A DNA stretch of 64,000 nt from Mobula hypostoma (lineage: Eukaryota), in the NCBI RefSeq assembly GCF_963921235.1, contig NC_086097.1:66218001-66282000 (forward strand), given 5' to 3'. The notes beneath the pieces are model-generated. The model worked only from the letters and a program-made list of their open reading frames with translations. It was not told where the DNA came from and did not search any database. The number at the start of each line of letters is the position of its first letter. Within the stretch, counting starts at the first letter, position 1. Made by a program: the position numbers and the translations under genes. Positions 52,241 through 64,000 of this stretch are shown piece by piece.

Positions 52241-53700
52241 GACCACTTTAACATTAATCTTTATGCCTTTGTGTATATATCAATTATTCTAGTTGAACTT
52301 GAAAAATATTTTCATTTATTTCTAGTGCAGAACCTATATATTATTTTTCTACCTCCTGAATATTCCCACTACCTTTCTTTCCATGATCTCTTTCCTCAAG
52401 ACTGCACTTATGATTACCAGTTTCTGTAGTTCAGAGAATCTGCTTCTAGCCCACATAAAATGAGCCACAAGGAAATTATGCAAGATGAGCCTGCTGAAGC
52501 ACATGTCTAATTTACTTGTTTTTAAGGATTGTGGCTTAATCAAGCATGGAAAGTATTCTGCACTCGTGTATCTAGATGCAATTACCTTAAAAGAACAAAC
52601 CATTCATTCATTATTAGTACTATAATAAAAATTACAGTAATGGATGTAGTTCTTGCTTTAAACAATGGTGCAATGGACTTGCATAAGGAATTGTAACCAC
52701 CATTCCTTGAATTTGGTATATAGAATTTATGTTACTTATTTGCTGAGTTATGAAAATAAAACATGTTGAAATCTCTCAAATGTTATCCAGGAGGGAGGAA
52801 TTATTGCTTGGGGCTGCAAGTGGTGCAGAACTACTGGGAACTGAACCAGAATACAAGTCATGCTACGTAAATTAGAAAACAGCTCTGCCAAGCATCTCAG
52901 TGAGCAGAGGCAGCTTGAGGAATATTTTTCTTGGTTTTATTTATCCATCTACTTAGTGACATTTGATTACAAATATTTCATTGAAATATGAATCTGAACT
53001 GTTTAATATATTTTTTTTATCAGGTAATGGAGCTTCACTATTCTTGAATACATTATTTCACCATCCATCAAGGGCTAATGATTCGGAGCTACCTGTCACA
53101 AACTTTTAAGAATGATTCATAATAAACAAAAGAGGAAATTTTCCTCCCTTTTTCTGGATTAAATCTGAGATCCCTAACCATTAGTTTAATTAAAGTTGAC
53201 TTTTTGCATGGGTAAGCAAAGAAATAAAAATATTTCAAGTATTCCAAAATGTTAAAAATATATTTTTCAATCCAGTTTAAATATTATTGAGCTCAGATCT
53301 TCAACCTGACATTTTCAACACATCTTTAAGTGAAGAGATCTTTAAGCATTTTTTAAAAAAGTGGAATCAAGTAGAATGTACAATGAATTCTTATTTGTCA
53401 TAGCTCATCTCAAGTTTTTCAAAAAGATAAAGATGGACTGAATTATAATACTTGGACAAATATTTGAATGTGATATAGAAAAAATAATTCTTGAACATTC
53501 TTTTTAATTCGTTGATAACATCTATGGTTTGATTTGCAAAGTAAGATCAATTATGGATATTATTTAGGTTTGCATGTCTAATTTGATTTTAAAGAGATCT
53601 TGCAGTAGTTTAGTCTGTGTTATACAGTGCTTGGTACACAAAAAATTTGGACAAAAGGTGTGCAGTAATTGAATTAACTTTATAGCTTTTGTCCCCACAG

Positions 53701-54740
53701 ATCAATATTGCAAGAGTCTTGAGATGTCTGAAACACAGAAGAATTTTGTTTCACATCTCTCTGAAGATATACAAGCGCAGGACAGTTTATACGCGATGCC
53801 ACAACCAGACTTTCACCATTTAAGTAAGACATCATGTACTGTGCTCCCAGCAGCAGGAAATCATGAACAAGAAAAGTTTAAGCAGACAACCGACAGCCCC
53901 ATGCAATTATCTGAAGATACACAAATAAGCAAGACTTTAAAAAATAATATTGAAGATGACTGCCGGTTACTAAGTCAAGCAACTAAGGCAGATCCCCAAT
54001 GGAAAAATAAGAGATCAGTTGTTGAAAAGGGATATCCATCTAGTAAAAAGAAATTAATAAGTTTGCAACTGCATGAAGTAGATGGTAAAAAAGAGGATGT
54101 TTTCAGGTCAGCAATAGCTCCTGTTGCAGGTACGGTTAAAGGTTTATGTATGACAAGAAGGCCTGAACCACCTCCTAAACCTAGTTCTTTGAAACCCATT
54201 AGTACAAGGAAGTCTCCAACACCTGAATCATCTGCTCTTGTTTCTGAACAAGCTGGTAAAGTTTCTGCTTCCAGCCTAAGATTACATGGTAGTAATGTCA
54301 AAATTGACTATGACGTTAGTGAAAAAGGTAATGTTCCTTCAGACACAGCTGAACAAAGTAATAAAAAGAAATGTCTCAAAAAATTCATTTCTCCAACAAA
54401 ACAAACATCAGATGACGCAAGTGTCCATTTTGATAAAGAAGGTGGCACTCATTCCATTCATTCCCAAGGCTTGAGGTCTGCTTCCGAACTGCTGGAAGAA
54501 GCTAAATATCTCGCAATGTCAGACACACCAAAAATATATGAAAGAAACTTCCAACTGAGCAAGCCTGAGCAGTCCCTGACCGCAGCCCAACAAACATTTA
54601 CAGCTAAGGCAAAATCTGTAGATGAAATCATTGCTTCACTGTGGTCTGTGAGACAAACCACCTCCCAGTCTGCTTCAGATCTAAAGATCAAAGGACTGTT
54701 AGACAGAGTGCTTGGTTACAGTTATAGCAGTAAAAGTGAG
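53701..54740 (+). CDS. TTC6: Large coding exon of tetratricopeptide repeat protein 6 (N-terminal low-complexity region); the gene continues beyond the window
   Basis: Open 1,040-bp unique exon with acceptor TTTTGTCCCCACAG and donor GAG/GTAAGT (phase 0). IAPVAGT...PEPP and SVDEIIASL...ASDLKIKGLLDRVLGYSY match my recollection of human TTC6 (IASGFGT...PEPP; SIEEIIASL...ASDQTIKELIQSILGQNY). The exon call is stronger than the name, which was not checked by search. Confidence 0.8.
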
Positions 54741-55484
54741 GTAAGTGAACCATAACAGACTTGTACTTGCTTTTAACTGGAAGTTGAATGTAGATTTTCA
54801 GAAGTGCAGTACTTTTGATAGTGTTTGAGACAAAATCCTCGAGATGTAATGTGTGGTGGATCTGATGCTTTAAAGCATTTAACAAAACTATACACATCAT
54901 GTTATAAGTGTATTTCTTAGTTGCAATACATAAATCTAAATGCACAAATACAATATGATTATCATAATGTTGAGGAAAGTAATTTTTAGTTTAGTGGAGT
55001 AGAATCCCATCAACATTGATTATTTCACTGGGATACTCTGACACTTTATAGAGTCAGTCTCTGCTTTAGGGGCTGGGGTGGCGTGCGAGGCTGCATCACC
55101 TGTGCAAGCATCAAGAAACACGAGTCGGGTTGGGTGGATGCAGATGAAGGTAAGGCATGATTCATATTGATTGGTAAGTTAGTTGTTAATAAAGGACAGG
55201 CAACACAAATTTATTCAAGGCAAATTGTGGCCAACTAACTTGATTTTCTTTGATAATGTAGCAAATTAATACAAGCTGATGTTGCTGTTGTTGTGGATGT
55301 TCAGAAAATGATGGATAAATCATTCCCTAATGGGTTTGGTAGCAAAATTACTGCCTATGGAATTAAAAGGGTAGTGACATCATGTATACAGAATTGGCCA
55401 AGACCCAGATTGTAGCATGCAGTGGTGAACAGCTACTTTTCAGACTGAGAGGTGTACCAAGTTGTGTCATCCAGGGACTTATAC

Positions 55485-56190
55485 AGATAAGGAGAATGAG
55501 GAAAGAAGTGGCAGATGGAATATAATGTTATGGATATGCATGGTCATCCATTTTTGTAGAACGAATAAAGACTATTTTCTAAATGGGGAGAAAATTCAGG
55601 AATCAAAGGTGCAAAGGGACTTGGGAGCCCCCGTACAGGATTCCCTAAAGGTTAACTTGCAGGTTCAGTTGGTGGTAGGCAAATACAGTGTTAGCGTTCA
55701 TCTTGAGAGGATTAGAATATTAAAGCAAGGACGTAATGTTTAGGCTTTATAAAGATGAGCGTTTGATGGCTCTGGGCCTGTACTCGCTGGAGGACAGAAC
55801 ATTGGGGTGGGGGTTCTTATTGAAACCTATTGAATATTGAAAGGCCTAGATGGAGTGGATGCAGAGAGAATGTTTCCTTTCGTGGAGGAGTCTAAAACCG
55901 GAGGGTACAGCCTCAGAATAGAAGGATGAATCTTTAGAACAGAGATGAGGAGGAATTTATTTAGCTAGAGAGTGGTGAATCTATGGATGCATTACCACAG
56001 ATGGCTGTGGAGGCCAAGTAATTGGGTAAATTTAAAGCTTCTTGATTAATAGGGCCATCAAAGGCTAAGGGAAGAAGGCAGGAGAATGGGATTGAGAAGG
56101 ATAATAAATCAAATATAATACAGTAGAATGGTGGAGCAGACTCAATGAGCTGAATGCCTGAATTCTGCTCCTATATCTTATGGTCTTTTG
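55485..56190 (+). mobile_element. CR1 LINE 3' fragment within older CR1 remnants (~55190-55460, ~56200-56300, ~58954-59240)
   Basis: QRDLG motif, FRTEMRRN remnant and a TCTTATGGTC tail. Confidence 0.85.
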
Positions 56191-56311
56191 TACTGCTGTT
56201 GACAGTTCTCCTATTTATATATACTATTGGCCTAGACATGTAGTCCATTTTTAAAATGACTGTAGTAAACAATGAGTAGGATTGTTTTGCAGACTTTTGA
56301 AAGGCATAGAC

Positions 56312-58945
56312 CAGTGTTTCTCAACTGATTTTAGCCTAACGCCCCCCCTAAAGCACCTTCATACTTGCCAACACCCCTCCTAGGCATAATATACTTTATG
56401 GCGCCTCCACAGTGTAAACACATGTCTACCATATACTAACATGAGAAAAATGATTCTGCTTTAAATTTTTATTTGTCTTTAAACCTAGCTTACACAGTAC
56501 CTCTGCACTGTTCAGCAGCTTCAAAATCAATGTGATCGTTGAGCTTAACAGTTTTAGCAAGTGTTGAAAATCTGGTTCAAGTCGTGACAGTAAAAGACTT
56601 AAGATCCCATATGTAACAGTGTCCAAGCGGTTTCTGTTTTTTGTGAGTAGGTGGTTCACTGCTCTGAAGCTTCTTTCAACAAAGTAGAGGATGGAAATGC
56701 AATGAAGATCAGTTTGGCTCTTCTCCAAAGACCAGGAAACTTCATATGACATTGTAGCCACATACCACAAATGCCCACATTTTTGTAAAGCATTTTTTCT
56801 TCTTCATCCTTCTGAATTTTGATAATTTCACCTTGCAAGCTCTCTTCCTGTTCTTCCACCTTGCAGAGAACTGGGTTAATTACACAGTCCAGAATTTCCA
56901 TATTGTTTAAATCCTTGAATCAACTCCAAAAATCCTTCTTCAGGTGTAAGCAGTACTCTTGCAAATCACCATCTATGAGAGGGCCATACGCTCCATGCAG
57001 GGAAAATGCAAGAACATTCTTCTCCCAATGTTTTGCTTATATATTTCCAATTTTCCAATAAAAGTGGACACTGCAATTTTTGCCTGAATTAAATTGAAAT
57101 TCTCACCCTGCAGTTTCATATATAGAGTGTTCATTTTGTCATACAGATTGGCTTGGTATGCTACATCTTCATGCGGAAGTTAATCTTGTTTCCCAAGCTC
57201 TTGTTGACTTTGAGCTTTTGCTCTACCAAAGTGTCAAAAAGGTCAAAGAAATGTTTTAAGCGGCAACTTTTTGACAGCCTACACATGTCAATATGTAGAA
57301 GCAAGCTTTCAAACTCTTCATCATTCTCTTGGCATAATTGGGGAAATATTCTGCTGTTTAACAGATGAGATTTAATTTTGTTGATAGCAGATACTGTATT
57401 ACATGAGTCATGCTTGGAAAAGCTTGCTGGCTGAGGTTTTTGGCTGAGAGGTGCTGATGATGAATTACACAATGGATTGCAAACAGACTTGAGACTTCTT
57501 TTTTCATAAATGCCACTAAACCAGCATGGTAACCTGTCATATATGGTGCTCATCTGTTGCACAAGAAATCATGTTCCTAATCGGAATACTTTTGTCCTCA
57601 ATGTACATTTGGATTTCATTGTAGATTGATTATCTGTTGATTTTTTAAAAAACTTTTTACAAAAGAAATCTCTTCATAAACTTAAACTATTTAAGAATAG
57701 TGGTTAGCACTCTGATACAGCAGGCACTATTAATCTTCCACCAATGGTATGAGATTTTCCACACTTTGCTATCATTTTGGAAATGTTATAAGAAGCAATG
57801 AGACCACTATCAAGGTTATTTCAGCTTTCTTGGCAAATGACTCAAGTATGCAATGCTTTTAAAATGTTTCTTTCCTCTTCTGGAACTAAGTAATACCATA
57901 AGTAACCTTTTCAGAGTGTCTTTTATGGAAGTGTTTCTGCAATCTTAATGATTTCATGGCTTCATTAGACAGTACAGTATTACAAATAAGACACTCGAGG
58001 CATTGCTGATCTGACGGGAACAGAATAAAACCATACTCCAGGTATGTAATATTGTATTGGCACACTTTCTGTAATTTCTGGTAGGATTAGACTTCAAGGT
58101 TTCACCACCTTCAGACTTATAGAGATCACGCTGTACCTATTTATCCATCATTAACAGGGCTAAATTAAAATTCTAAAAAACACAAACTGGGAAAGCCTAT
58201 TGGATGTTGACGACCGAAGCAAGTTGACACGAATGAAACGATTGCAGCAGCATGCAAAGGAACAGCAAGGTGACAACAAAGGAAGAGCAAACATCGAAAA
58301 CCTACAGCAAAATACAGGCCCTTCGGCCCACAATGTTATGCCAAAGATGTACTTACTTTAGAAATTGCCTCGGGTTACCCATAGCCCTTTATTTTTCTAA
58401 GACCATGGTTCTTGACGGCACATATGAAGTCGAGGTCGTTTTAACACCTCAAGAGAAATCCTTGGGGTTAACTGGTTCTCTGATTAGCTCTATTTCATTG
58501 TTTTGTTTCAGCTGTCACTGTATTGCAGTACAATCTGTTTTCTGTAGAGGAAGTTGAGAGGGTGTACTTGACATGCCAGCTGTTAAATTGCATGAACTCA
58601 TTCCATTCCGTGAGTCAAGGAGAACCATTGGGCACCCTGGTTGCTTATTTGTGCACCTCCAATAACGTCTGTTTGGTTGGTAAGGTCAGATGAGATTGCC
58701 AAATTTCAGATGCATTGTGACGATGAGTTATGCAGAGCTATGGTTCTTCCTGTGGTCTAGTCTCTCATCCTTTTCTTTTGGAAGTGTCTGCTCTATTAAC
58801 GGTCGCTCAGGTTTCATGCCTGAAGTTAAGCTGCTGCTTACTCCCCCCACCTCCCGAGAACCTCGAACCCACCCCGCCCCCCCATGACTTCTATTTCTCC
58901 TAATGCCCCCTTAGGACATGTAATCACCCACATTGAGAATCACTG
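56312..58945 (-). mobile_element. Complete hAT (Buster/Charlie-type) DNA transposon with a decayed transposase (~56500-58148)
   Basis: TIRs CAGTGTTTCTCAA and TTGAGAATCACTG. Perfect 8-bp TSD GCATAGAC (56304-56311 and 58946-58953). BED-finger remnant CLIC..VLSNEAMK, plus HCVIHHQHL and FPSS motifs. Confidence 0.93.
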
Positions 58946-59269
58946 GCATAGACTAATAAGGCACTGGAGGATGAATTGTTGAATTTCAGAACTAAAGTTT
59001 GAGAGCAGCAATATAAACTGAATGGTAACATTTCAAAACATGAGTAGAAACAGAGATCTGAAGCCTCACATTTTCAAGATTCTGACAAGTATGTTGACTT
59101 CTTGCTTTAGTAATAAAGACATGGTGTGCAATATCAAGAAATTTTTGCAATTATTGGTTAGGCATCCTATAGCATATCATGTGCAACTGTGGGCAAGGTA
59201 CTAAATATAGGATGTCAAATGTGGAAGACGGTCCATGAATAGTTCAGAGTTATCATGTTTCTGTAATTG

Positions 59270-59800
59270 TAAGAAGCAAGATTACTAAGTTTGCAGGCAA
59301 AATAAACAATTGGTAGTGTCTTAGATAGTGAAGAAGGTTTTATAAGGATACAGTGGAACAGTGACAGATGGAATTTAATCCAGATAAGTGTGAGGTACTG
59401 AATTCTGGAAGGTCAGGTTCTGGTGATGTTAATGATAGGGAGCTTAGAGGTGTTGTTGTACTGAGATATCTGGGGTGCAAGTACAAAGCTTACTGAAACT
59501 GGTGTTGCAGGTGGATATGGTAGTACAAAAGACATCTGATAAGCTTGCTTTCTTAGATTGAGGCATTGTGTATAAGAGTTCCATGTCTTTGTACAAAATG
59601 TTTGTTAGACAGCACTTAGATTTTTGTGTACAGTGCTGATCATTACACTAAAGAAAGGATGTGGTAGCAAAAGTGATGGTGAAGCAGAGGTCCACTGGGA
59701 TGCTGCTGGGAAAAGTGGGCTGTAGTTATAAGGAGAGATTGTACAGGCTGGCTTCATTCCCACTGGAATGTAGGAGGCTGAAGGGTAACCTTTAGTAATC
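59270..59800 (+). mobile_element. Degenerate CR1 RT fragment
   Basis: KFA, QMEFNPDKCEVL and RDLG remnants. Confidence 0.7.
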
Positions 59801-60494
59801 TCACATGACAAAGTTCAGAATAGAACTTTAATGTTCTTCAGTGTTGTGTGTCTGTGCAGGCATCAAACAACTTGACCAGGTGAGCAAAGTTGGCAAAATA
59901 TGCCAAGGGCTTCAAAGCTGGGAATGTTGGCTTGAGAGAGAGTGTTGTTGCTGTTTTGCTTATGGTGAATTTGGAGGATTTTGCAGAGATAGAGGGTGAT
60001 TTTTTTAAATGCCTTGGGATTCCTGCTGTAAATAGTCATTGGCCTCAGAATTATGTTGTGGGGGCTGGGAGCAAATAGTCTATCATACGGCTGTAATTTC
60101 TGCTGTTCTTTGTGCTTCTACAGGAACTCATTGATGAGCCCACTGGTGAATCTTTGATATTCTGCACATGACCTCTTTTGAACTTCTGCCTTTCTACTAT
60201 TCAACCACAAGAAGCTTCAAAACATACTGAAGCTTGAACAATTGATAGCTAGACTTCCCTATTGAGCCATACTTAACAGATAGCATAGTTTGGTCTATTA
60301 GCAAACACTTTTACATGCAAAAGATGGTAGAAGTTTGAAACATCCTTCCACAGATGCCAAAGCAATTGTTAATTTTAAATATAAGATTGCTAACTGTTTT
60401 GGTAACCAGACATATTTAGAGATAAGGGCAAAATGTAATTAGGCTAGATACCTGCTGTAATCTCATTGATTGGTGACACAGAATTGAGGGAGGA

Positions 60495-60755
60495 GCCTAA
60501 AGACACACACTCAACATTTCAGGAACAGCTTCTTCCCATCTTCTATCAGATTTCTGAATGGACCATGAACCCATTTACACTCTCCCATTTTTTCTTCTTT
60601 TTGCGCTACTTATTTAAGTTAATTATATATCGTATATACATTTGTTATTGTAATTTATAGTTAAAAATTATTACTATGTATTACAATGTACTGCTGCCGC
60701 AAAACAACAAATTCTATGATGTATGCCAGTGATATTGAAACCTGTTTCTGATTAT
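60495..60755 (+). mobile_element. Rex1/Babar 3' end
   Basis: FRNSFFP motif and an AAACCTGTTTCTGAT tail. Confidence 0.7.
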
Positions 60756-61223
60756 GACTAAAGGATTTATTTGTGTCTATGTTATAACCTAAAGTGGAAA
60801 TATATCAGTTGTTTGGGAAAAACCAGGGTAGAGAGTTTGTTTAGATACCAATGTGATGGGTCAAAAAAATTTCATCTGTGCAGTTTGATTCAATGCACAT
60901 ATTAATGCAGATGCTATTTTTACCATAAGCTTCTATCCTCATATGAAGACACAGAATCTTGACAAAATAACTTTTACTGGTATTGGCTGTACTCCAGTCA
61001 TATGTGTGAGCTGGGGCACACATGACATTTCAAGAATGACATATAAGGTAATAATCAGAAAGGAATTCTGATCGACATTGATTCCTAGTAGCTTAGAAAC
61101 ATGAAGTAAAACATATATCTATTATCTCAGCATAAAGTAGGAACTGAAGTTATGATATTTTGGATTGTGTACTTGTTGTATTTTGCAGAATGTTATTTAG
61201 GAGACTTTTAGGGATCCATATTT

Positions 61224-61664
61224 ATAAACAGGAGAAAATCTGCATTTGCTGGAAATCCAAGCAACACATACAAAATGCTGGAGGAACTCAACAGACCATG
61301 CAGCATCTAGGGAAAAGAGTACAGTTCACGTTTTGGGCCGAGACCTTGCAACAGGACTGGAGGAAAAAAAGACGAGGAGTCAGAGCTAGAAGGTCGGGGG
61401 TGGGGGGGAGGAAGAAACAAGGTGACAGATTAAACAGGGAAGGGGGAAGTAAAGAGCTGAGAAATCGATTGGTGTCTTTCACCAATCAACTTCCCAGCTC
61501 TTCACTTCACCCCTTCCCCACCCAATTTCACCTATCACTTTGCATTTCTTCCCCCCACCCCACCTTCTAGCTCTGACTCCTCATCTTTTTTTCTGCAGTT
61601 CTGCTGAAAGGTGTTAGCCCAAAACGTCAACTGTACTCTTTTTCATAGAAGCTGCTTGTCATGC
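61224..61664. mobile_element. Older, longer fold-back Penelope-derived element
   Basis: Imperfect inverted arms of ~180 bp centred near 61475, with degenerate hammerhead boxes. TSD AGGGATCCATATTT (61210-61223) and AGGGATCCAAATTT (61665-61678). Confidence 0.85.
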
Positions 61665-61974
61665 AGGGATCCAAATTTCTATTTGTTTTGGCTTTGTTTT
61701 TAATTGCTGTCTGGAATGTCATCACTTCCACATGCCATTATATTTCTTCCTTTGTTTTCCAAATAGAGTCCAATGATTGTCTGTCTAAAAAGTTAGTTTC
61801 AGATTCCTATCTATAATTTTCATATTAATTTGTATAGCAACCAGTTGAACTTGTATAACCACTTGCAGTTGATGCCATGCAGGTAATATTGACGAAGCGA
61901 CCTGACTGCTGATTACTGGCAACAGTGAAATTAAAATAACAAGTAACTTAAAACCAGACTTCAAACCACCTAGT

Positions 61975-63295
61975 ACTGTGCCCCCTTCCAGCTTTGCTTC
62001 CCTCCCTGATGAGCTCAATTACTTCTACACTGGCTTTGACCGAGAGAACAAGAAGGTCACCCTCAAAGCGGATCTCCCACCTGGTGAACTGCCTCTCTCA
62101 CTTTCCACCTTCGATGTTTGCGCCACCCTGAGCAGGGTGAATGTACGGAAGGCAGCTGGTCCAGATGGAATACCTGGCCGTGTGCTCAGAGTCTGTGCAG
62201 GGCAGTTGGCCGGGGTCTTCATGGACATTTTTAATCTGTCCCTGGCAGTTGTCCCCACAAGCTTCAAGATCGTTACCATCGTGCCAGTGCCGAAGCATTC
62301 CACTGCCATGGGTCTGAATGACTTCCGCCTAGTTGCACGCACCCCTATCATTGCAAAGTGCTTTGAGAGACTGGTTCTATCACATCTGAAATCCTGTTTG
62401 CCCACTACCCTGGACTCCCATCAATTTGCCTATCGCACCAACAGGTCAACAGAGGACGCCATCTCCATAGCACTTCACTCTGCCCTGACCCACCTGGACA
62501 GCCCCAACTCTTACGTCAGAATGCTGTTCATTGACTTTAGTTCGGCATTCAATACCGTGATCCCCTCCAAGCTGATCGCCAAACTTTGCCAGCTTGGTAT
62601 CAGCTCATCCCTCTGCAATTGGACCTTGGACTTTCTGACTAACAGACCCCAATCAGTTAAGTTAGACAACCTCTCCTCTTCCACTCTCACCCTGAACACC
62701 AGCGTGCCTTAAGGCTGTGTGCTGAGCTCTCTTCTGTACTCCCTTTTCACCTATGACTGCGTTCCTGTACATGGTTCTAACTCCATAATCAAGTTCGCAG
62801 ACAACACCACAGTGGTTGGCCTGATCAGAGGGGATGACAAGACGGCCTACAAGGATGAAGAAGACCAAGGAGATCATTGTGAACTTCAGGCATGCTAGGA
62901 GCCACACTCACGTCCCCATCTACATCAATGGAGCTGTAGTGGAGCATGTATCAAACTTCAAATTCCTTGGTGTCCACATTTCCAGGATCTCACCTGGTCC
63001 CTGAACTCTTCCATCCTGATCAGAAAGGCGCAACAGCGCCTTTATTTCCTGCACAGCATCAAGGAAGCTCGCCTCTCTCCCAGGATACTGACGGACTTTA
63101 CCGCTGTACCATTGAGAGCATACTCACCAACTGCATCTGAGTGTGGTATGGCAATTGTCCTGTATCGGACCGCAAAGCACTCCAGCGGGTGGTGAAAATT
63201 GCCCAGTGGATTATCGGCACCCAATTGCCCACCATTGAGAACATCTACCATAAACACTGCCTAGGCAGGGCAAAAAGCATTATCAAGGATGCATC
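61975..63295 (+). mobile_element. Rex1/Babar LINE RT (pseudogenised)
   Basis: [43 protein letters not shown] and KFADNT motifs. Confidence 0.93.
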
Positions 63296-64000
63296 TAAGC
63301 TGGGTCAAACAATGTTTTTGTAAGCTGGGTCAAACAATGTTTTTGCCAAAAGCTAATGAAATTGAAATTTTAATTCAAAAAGGGAAAATTAAAAAATTTA
63401 TTTCTTGTATGTATAATTTGATTCAAGAACAGACAATTAAACAAGGAACCCATAAGTCAAAGCAAAAATGGGAAACAGATCTGAATATTAATATTGATGA
63501 AATAAATTGGTCAAGACTTTGTCTGGACAGTATGACAAATACAATAAATGTTCGACTTAGATTAGTACAATATAATTTTTTACACCAATTATATATTACA
63601 CCACAAAAAATAAATAGATTAAATTCAAATCTGTCTGATAAATGTTTTTGGTGTAATCAAGAAATTGGTACTTTTTTACATTCTACTTGGTCTTGTTTTA
63701 AAATTCAACCCTTTTGGATAAATTTAAGAGTCTTATTGGAACAAATTACTGGAATTCAACTTCCACATAACCCTGTATTATTTCTATTAGGTGATATTGA
63801 AGGGATAAAACCAAATCTTAAATTGAATAAATATCAGAAAGAATTTATAAAAATTTCATTGGCAGTAGCTAAGAAGACTATAGCAGTTACTTGGAAATCT
63901 GATTCGTATTTAAGTATGGATCGTTGGAATAATGAGATGGCTAGTTCTATTCCACTTGAAAAAATTACTTATAATTTAAGAGATAATTATCTAACATTCT
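63296..64000 (+). mobile_element. Young 5'-truncated L1-clade LINE, ORF2 C-terminus; runs off the right edge
   Basis: The frame from 63322 to the window end has no stop. It contains KWETDL, QYNFLHQLYITP, the zinc knuckle CFWCNQEIGTFLHSTWSC and AKKTIAVTWK. Confidence 0.92.

Noticed and set aside
55070..55150. Possible next TTC6 exon (TTTAG...GAAG/GTAAGG)
   Set aside because: It has an in-frame TGA in phase 0, the phase left by the 54740 donor. Other micro-exon candidates (~59860, ~60124, ~61885) also lack support.
61978..62712. 244-aa ORF as a functional reverse transcriptase gene
   Set aside because: It has a stop in the PQG motif, FADD is altered to FADN, and downstream deletions and frameshifts mark it as a dead Rex1/Babar copy.

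Overview
This is eukaryotic vertebrate DNA. The repeat families (esterase-ORF1 CR1 LINEs, Rex1/Babar, Penelope, tRNA-SINE) suggest a cartilaginous fish, probably a ray; this is inference. Bases 1-~19,000 are a strongly G/purine-skewed satellite with a 31-bp monomer and a ~2.7-3.7 kb higher-order structure. It grades continuously into the terminus of a Gypsy-like LTR ending at 19,534, so it appears to have expanded inside an LTR. The rest is mostly nested transposon remnants: CR1, Rex1/Babar, Penelope, L1, Tc1, a complete hAT/Buster element, three solo LTRs and a SINE. Among them lies the 5' part of a + strand protein-coding gene that I recognise from memory as TTC6. It has a CpG-island first exon near 34.2-34.47 kb with RFX, forkhead and MYB motifs, and a 1,040-bp coding exon at 53,701-54,740. 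The most unusual local structure is a family of short Penelope-derived fold-back elements with 13-14 bp target-site duplications. The youngest copy (33,680-33,918) carries a complete minimal hammerhead-ribozyme motif on each strand. Almost all ORFs in the supplied track come from repeats or are spurious. Boundaries of old repeats are approximate, and no database search was run.
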